From an uncultured Ignavibacteria bacterium (GTDB lineage Bacteria; Zixibacteria; MSB-5A5; WJJR01): a stretch of 64,000 nt of DNA. Position 1 is the first letter of the stretch, and every line of letters begins with the position of its first letter. Of this stretch, positions 59,500 through 64,000 are shown one piece after another. The notes below the pieces were generated by a model. It made no database searches and was not told where the DNA came from. It was given only the letters and a program-made list of their open reading frames with translations. The stretch covers positions 42,859-106,858 of the forward strand of contig CAZQIZ010000005.1 in NCBI GenBank assembly GCA_964593585.1. Direction: 5' to 3'. The position numbers and the translations under genes were made by a program.

Positions 59500-62016
59500 A
59501 TGTACGTGGACGAACAACGGCCCCCTGAGCAGACCGGCGAGCGCGCCGGCGCGGTTACCTTGCCCTGCATCCCGTTGCAGGCCGAGGTGCCCTTCCCGCT
59601 GGCCGTGGTCTCCGCGGTTCTGCGCTTTTCGTATGCCTACGAGGTCGTTTCGCGCGCTCACGAGGGCGAGCAGTTCTGGATCTACTGGACCCACGATGAT
59701 GCCGACCCCCGACGCGCGCCGCAAAACCTCCCTGACATCGGCGTGGTCTGCCGGCTTCTGTCTCTGCGCGAACTCGGACCGGGACAATTGCGGGTCGACC
59801 TGGAAGGCCTCTATCGCGGGCAGCGTCTGGCGATCATCGGCGAAGAGACGGCCGTACGGCTCATGGTGCGTCCGGTCGAGGAACTGACCGTCCCCGCGCC
59901 GACGTGGCAGGAGAAAATCGACCTTTGCGCCGGTCTTCTCGCCACCCTGGTCAATCGCTCCGAGCAGTACCCGGCGGAACTTCTGAAGATTGCCGAATTG
60001 GCGCGCGACCGCGCCGACCATTTCGCCGACCGGATCGCCGCGGCGGTTCACTTCCCGCAGGAAGAGAAGTGGCGCCTGGCGCAACTGGCCGATCCGGGAG
60101 CGCGTCTCGACTTACTGGCCGATCTGCTGCGGGGCGAGGTGGAGGAAGCGGGACGTCGCGCTGATCTGGCGCGTCGTGTCCGCGCCTCCAACGAGCGCCG
60201 GCAAAAAGCCGAGATGCTCCGCTCCGAACTGACCGCGTTGCGCAAGGAGCTGGAGTCGCTGGAGCCGGGCGCCAATGAACACGACCAGTTGGCCGAGCAG
60301 ATCGCCGCGGCCGGACTGCCGGTCTCGGTGGCACGTCGCGCCCGCAACGAACTCGAGCGCCTGCGCATGATCTCGACCGCCTCGGCGGAATACACGGAAA
60401 TCCGCAACTACATCGACTGGCTGATCCATATTCCCTGGACCGCGCTGGCCCATGAGCGCACCGACGGCGACGAAATCCGTCACATTCTCGATGGCCAGTT
60501 TTACGGCCAGAAGCGCGCCAAGGACCGGCTCTGCGAATACCTGGCGGTCATGCACCGCACCGGACGGCCTGCGCCCAATGTCCTCTGCCTGACCGGCGCC
60601 TCCGGTATCGGCAAGACGCAACTGGCCAAAGGCATCGCCAAGGCGTTGCGCCGTCCGATGATCACACTCAACCTCGGCCTGTTGCGCTCGGAGGGTGTGC
60701 TCAAGGGGAATCGCCGCACCTTTCCCGGCGCGATGCCAGGACGCATCATCCGCCAACTGCGCGCCGTCGAGGTGGTCAACCCCATCTGCCTGCTGGAAGA
60801 CGTGGACCGTCTCGGCACCGAAAACAACCGTCCCGACCTTTCGGCGGTCCTCTTGGAGGCGGTCGATCCGGAGATCAATAGCGAATTCTGGGACTACTAC
60901 CTCGAATTCCCGTATGATCTCTCCAAGATCCTCTACATCTGCACCGCGACCGACCCGGAGAGCGTGCCGGAGATGCTGGCCGAGCATCTTGAGTTTATCG
61001 ATCTGCCCGGCTATCTGCTCGAAGAGAAAATCGAGATCACCTTCAACTATCTCTGGCCGCGTCAATTGGCCCAGCACAATCTCCCGGCCGAGGAGTTTAC
61101 GCTGACCGTGGCGGCGGTGCAGAAGATCATCCGCGAGTACACGCTCGAAGCCGGGCTTTCGAATTTGAACAAGTACCTCGAGGTCATCTGCCGACACTTG
61201 GCCGGCCAGCGCGCCGCCGGGCAGCGCGGCTTCGTCCGGGTCGGAGTTCAGCACATCGAGCGACTTTTGGGTACTCCCATTTTCATCCCGGAAAAAGCCG
61301 AGATGAAGCCCGAAATCGGCGTGGCGATGGGCGTCGCCTGGACCCAGACCGGCGGCGACATCATGCTGATCGAGGCGCTCAAGATGCGGGGCTCCGGACA
61401 GGTGATCTCGACTGGCTCGCTGGGCGACGTCATGCGCGAGTCGATCCAGGCGGCGCATTCCTATGTTCGCTCCCGCGCCGACTGGCTGGGTATTCCCCAC
61501 TCCGACTTCGCCAGTTACGACATCCATGTCCACTTCCCCTCGGGCGCCATCCCCAAGGATGGCCCCTCCGCCGGCGTCACCGTCTCCGTGGTCATCGCGT
61601 CGGTGATGTCCGAACGGCCGATCCGCAATGACTACGCCATGACCGGCGAGGTCTCCCTGCGCGGCAAGGTGCTGCCGGTGGGGGGGATCAAGGAGAAGGT
61701 GGCTGCCGCGCACCGGGTGGGAATTCACAAGATCATCGTCCCCAAGCAGAATGTGAAGGACCTCCAGGATGTCCCGCGCCGGATCGCCAAGGAGATGACC
61801 TACATCCCGGTGGAGACCGTCGATGAGGTCTTCGAGGCGGTTTTGCTTGATTTTGATCCGGCCAAGGCCAGTTTGGAGAAACTTTTGCGGATGGAAATGG
61901 TACGTAAGCATACCGCCCGCCGGCAGCGCGCCGCGGCGCGGGGCAAGGCCCGCGCCCGGGCCAAGAACCGGCGCGGTGAGAAAAAACGCGCCACCGGACG
62001 ACGTCGAAGCCGATGA
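59500..62016 (+). CDS. lon: LonA-type protease with degenerate AAA+ motifs
   Basis: LON-N-like domain, AAA+ region, protease domain with PKDGPSAG (Ser) and GGIKEK (Lys). Confidence 0.92.
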   Translation: MYVDEQRPPEQTGERAGAVTLPCIPLQAEVPFPLAVVSAVLRFSYAYEVVSRAHEGEQFWIYWTHDDADPRRAPQNLPDIGVVCRLLSLRELGPGQLRVDLEGLYRGQRLAIIGEETAVRLMVRPVEELTVPAPTWQEKIDLCAGLLATLVNRSEQYPAELLKIAELARDRADHFADRIAAAVHFPQEEKWRLAQLADPGARLDLLADLLRGEVEEAGRRADLARRVRASNERRQKAEMLRSELTALRKELESLEPGANEHDQLAEQIAAAGLPVSVARRARNELERLRMISTASAEYTEIRNYIDWLIHIPWTALAHERTDGDEIRHILDGQFYGQKRAKDRLCEYLAVMHRTGRPAPNVLCLTGASGIGKTQLAKGIAKALRRPMITLNLGLLRSEGVLKGNRRTFPGAMPGRIIRQLRAVEVVNPICLLEDVDRLGTENNRPDLSAVLLEAVDPEINSEFWDYYLEFPYDLSKILYICTATDPESVPEMLAEHLEFIDLPGYLLEEKIEITFNYLWPRQLAQHNLPAEEFTLTVAAVQKIIREYTLEAGLSNLNKYLEVICRHLAGQRAAGQRGFVRVGVQHIERLLGTPIFIPEKAEMKPEIGVAMGVAWTQTGGDIMLIEALKMRGSGQVISTGSLGDVMRESIQAAHSYVRSRADWLGIPHSDFASYDIHVHFPSGAIPKDGPSAGVTVSVVIASVMSERPIRNDYAMTGEVSLRGKVLPVGGIKEKVAAAHRVGIHKIIVPKQNVKDLQDVPRRIAKEMTYIPVETVDEVFEAVLLDFDPAKASLEKLLRMEMVRKHTARRQRAAARGKARARAKNRRGEKKRATGRRRSR

Positions 62017-62112
62017 TCCCACGTAAGAGAATCCTTGTTATCCGGCTTTCCAGGCCGGATTTTCATTTGATGAACGCCGCGTCCATTCAGTCCTGATTCC
62101 GGGGAGGGGTAA

Positions 62113-63828
62113 GTGAGAAAAGTCGTCTGTGTTGCCATTGTCTGTCTGATCACGCTGATGGAATCCGCGGTCGGCCAGGGACGCGCCGCCGACGGCGATC
62201 CGCTGCTGCAGGCCCTGCAAAGCGAGATGGGTCGTTCTGTGGCCCGTCTGCGGCTGGACGACTACGAGCCTCCGTATTTCATCTCGTACCGGCTGACCGA
62301 TGTCCGCTCCGTTGATTATCGTGCCAGCTACGGCGCCCTCACCTCAGCCGGCGGCGATCGCTACCGCGCCCTGGCCGTCGATGTGCGCGTCGGCGACTAT
62401 ATCGACGACAACACCTCCGACGACGACGGCTTCTATTTCGACCCGCGCGATTCCGATTCCTACATGTACTCGCGCCGGTACGCGCCGATCGACAACGACA
62501 CCGCCGCGTTGCGGCAGGACCTCTGGTTACTGACCGATTTCCGCTACAAGACCGCGCTGGAGACCTTCATTGGCGAGCGCGGCCGGCGGGTGCAAAAGGT
62601 GGACAAACCCGACCGTCCCGATGACTTCTCGCCGGCGCCGAAGGTCGAACGGCTCGAACCGATCGACACGCTGGCCATTGACCGCAAACGCTGGGAGGGG
62701 TTGGTCCGCGCCATCTCCGCCCGCTTCCGCGTCCATCCGCTCATTCATTCCTCCGATGTCGACTTCATGGCCAGTTCGCAGATGCGCTACCTTTTGACGT
62801 CCGAGGGAACGAAACTGCGCACCAATCTCCATAACTTCTCCATTTCCATCGCGGCCGAGACCCGCGCCGATGACGGCATGCCGATTTCATTGGAGACTGT
62901 CTGGAAGACTCACCGTGCCGATGGACTGCCCGATTCCGTCGCATTAGCCCGTGCCGCCGATTCGCTGGCCGGTCTGCTCCTGCAGTTGCGTGAGGCGCCG
63001 GTGATGGAGCCCTACACCGGCCCGGCCATCATCAAAAGCGGCGCCTCTGGCGTCTTTTTCCATGAGGCGCTCGGGCACCGTCTCGAAGGCCACCGCACCC
63101 GGCGCGAATCGGAGGGACACACCTTCAAGCAGAAGATGAACCAGCGCATCATCCCCGACTTCCTCGATGTCTACGACGACCCGACGGCGACCCACGCCGC
63201 CGGGACTGAATTGTATGGTCATTATGCGTATGACGATGAGGGGGTGGCCGCGCAACGCACCTCGTTGGTCGAAAACGGCGTTCTGACCGGATTCCTGATG
63301 TGCCGCACGCCGATCAAGGACATCAAGACCTCCAACGGGCACGGCCGCAGCGATATGTGGAGCGAACCGGTCAGCCGCATGGGCTCGCTGTTTGTCTCCA
63401 CCGACGCGCCGGTCTCCTACGATTCCCTGCGCGCGCTGCTTTTGGCCGAGTGCCGCAAGGAGGGCAAGGACTACGGCCTCATTTTCGAGGACATTGCCGC
63501 CGGCGAGACTAACACGTCATCGTATGGCGTCCAGACGCTGCGGGTCCGTCCACGTGTGGTCAAGAAGGTCTATGTCGCCGATGGCCGCGAAGAACTGGTG
63601 CGCGGCGTCGAACTGATCGGCACGCCGCTGGCGGTGCTGGAGAGCATCCAGTCGGCCGGCAATGATCCGGGCGTATTCAACGGTGTCTGCGGCGCCGAAT
63701 CGGGGTGGGTGCCGGTGTCCGCCATCGCGCCGAGCGTGCTGGTCGGCGAAGTGGAAGTCCAGCGCATGGACCGCAATCTCAAGCGCGGCCCGATTCTCCC
63801 GCCGCCGCTGCATGATCCCGGCACCTGA
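62113..63828 (+). CDS. TldD/PmbA-family metalloprotease with predicted signal peptide
   Basis: GVFFHEALGHRLEG (HExxGH), YDDEG, SNGHGR, FNGVCG (third Zn ligand Cys); N-terminal MRKVVCVAIVCLITLMESAVG; GTG start. Confidence 0.88.
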   Translation: MRKVVCVAIVCLITLMESAVGQGRAADGDPLLQALQSEMGRSVARLRLDDYEPPYFISYRLTDVRSVDYRASYGALTSAGGDRYRALAVDVRVGDYIDDNTSDDDGFYFDPRDSDSYMYSRRYAPIDNDTAALRQDLWLLTDFRYKTALETFIGERGRRVQKVDKPDRPDDFSPAPKVERLEPIDTLAIDRKRWEGLVRAISARFRVHPLIHSSDVDFMASSQMRYLLTSEGTKLRTNLHNFSISIAAETRADDGMPISLETVWKTHRADGLPDSVALARAADSLAGLLLQLREAPVMEPYTGPAIIKSGASGVFFHEALGHRLEGHRTRRESEGHTFKQKMNQRIIPDFLDVYDDPTATHAAGTELYGHYAYDDEGVAAQRTSLVENGVLTGFLMCRTPIKDIKTSNGHGRSDMWSEPVSRMGSLFVSTDAPVSYDSLRALLLAECRKEGKDYGLIFEDIAAGETNTSSYGVQTLRVRPRVVKKVYVADGREELVRGVELIGTPLAVLESIQSAGNDPGVFNGVCGAESGWVPVSAIAPSVLVGEVEVQRMDRNLKRGPILPPPLHDPGT

Positions 63829-63852
63829 GGGCAGCATCTTTTAGCCATTCCG

Positions 63853-63886
63853 ACGGCCCGCCATGGAGGCGGGCCGTTGTCGTTTT
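63853..63886 (+). terminator. Putative intrinsic terminator after the TldD-like gene
   Basis: ACGGCCCGCC-ATGGA-GGCGGGCCGT followed by TGTCGTTTT. Confidence 0.65.
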
Positions 63887-64000
63887 GAACTTGTCAAAAT
63901 CCGTCCACAGTTGCCTCCGGGCCAAAATCGCCGCCGGGAACTTCACTGCCGCTGCTTATCTTACGATATGTGGTGCGGGGCCTCCGGCCCCCGGTCCTGC

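Noticed and set aside
60112-62022. 636-aa minus-strand ORF, and similar antisense ORFs over the mutases, glyA and ACADs
   Set aside because: Codon-bias shadows of conserved plus-strand genes.

Overview
A high-GC bacterial chromosomal segment with no phage, transposase, integrase or CRISPR. The PorV-like genes and FlgD/CTD-type C-terminus suggest the FCB superphylum, possibly Zixibacteria-like (inference). Left to right it contains: (1) a CHASE2 sensor-Ser/Thr kinase cut by the window edge, plus a tandem-FHA protein; (2) dusB-larC-etfA-ppx; (3) a T9SS-like cassette of an Asp-box propeller cargo and two PorV-like barrels; (4) a tightly coupled four-gene membrane cassette of unknown function (DUF6754-like), followed by a Zn-ribbon microprotein and DUF72; (5) a PBP, an orphan PAS histidine kinase, mutS2, dnaG, tRNA-Ile2, tRNA-Val, a Zn-ribbon protein, guaB, RNase P RNA and recJ; (6) a ~25 kb acyl-CoA/branched-chain amino acid catabolic region with meaB, two B12 mutase large subunits of opposite specificity signature sharing one small subunit, gdhA with a GAF-like/PPDK_N partner, three acyl-CoA dehydrogenases, PCC, mce, scoAB, thiolase, hbd and ilvE; (7) glyA, cutA, DUF62, nrdR, tatC, csp, a Lon with degenerate ATPase motifs but an intact protease dyad, and a signal-peptide-bearing TldD-like protein. 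Many intergenic gaps hold REP/REPIN-like palindromes of several sequence families. The best candidates for undescribed biology are the DUF6754 membrane cassette, the PPDK_N-like/GDH pair, the ATPase-degenerate Lon and the ICM/MCM pair. All family assignments come from motif recognition; no database searches were run.
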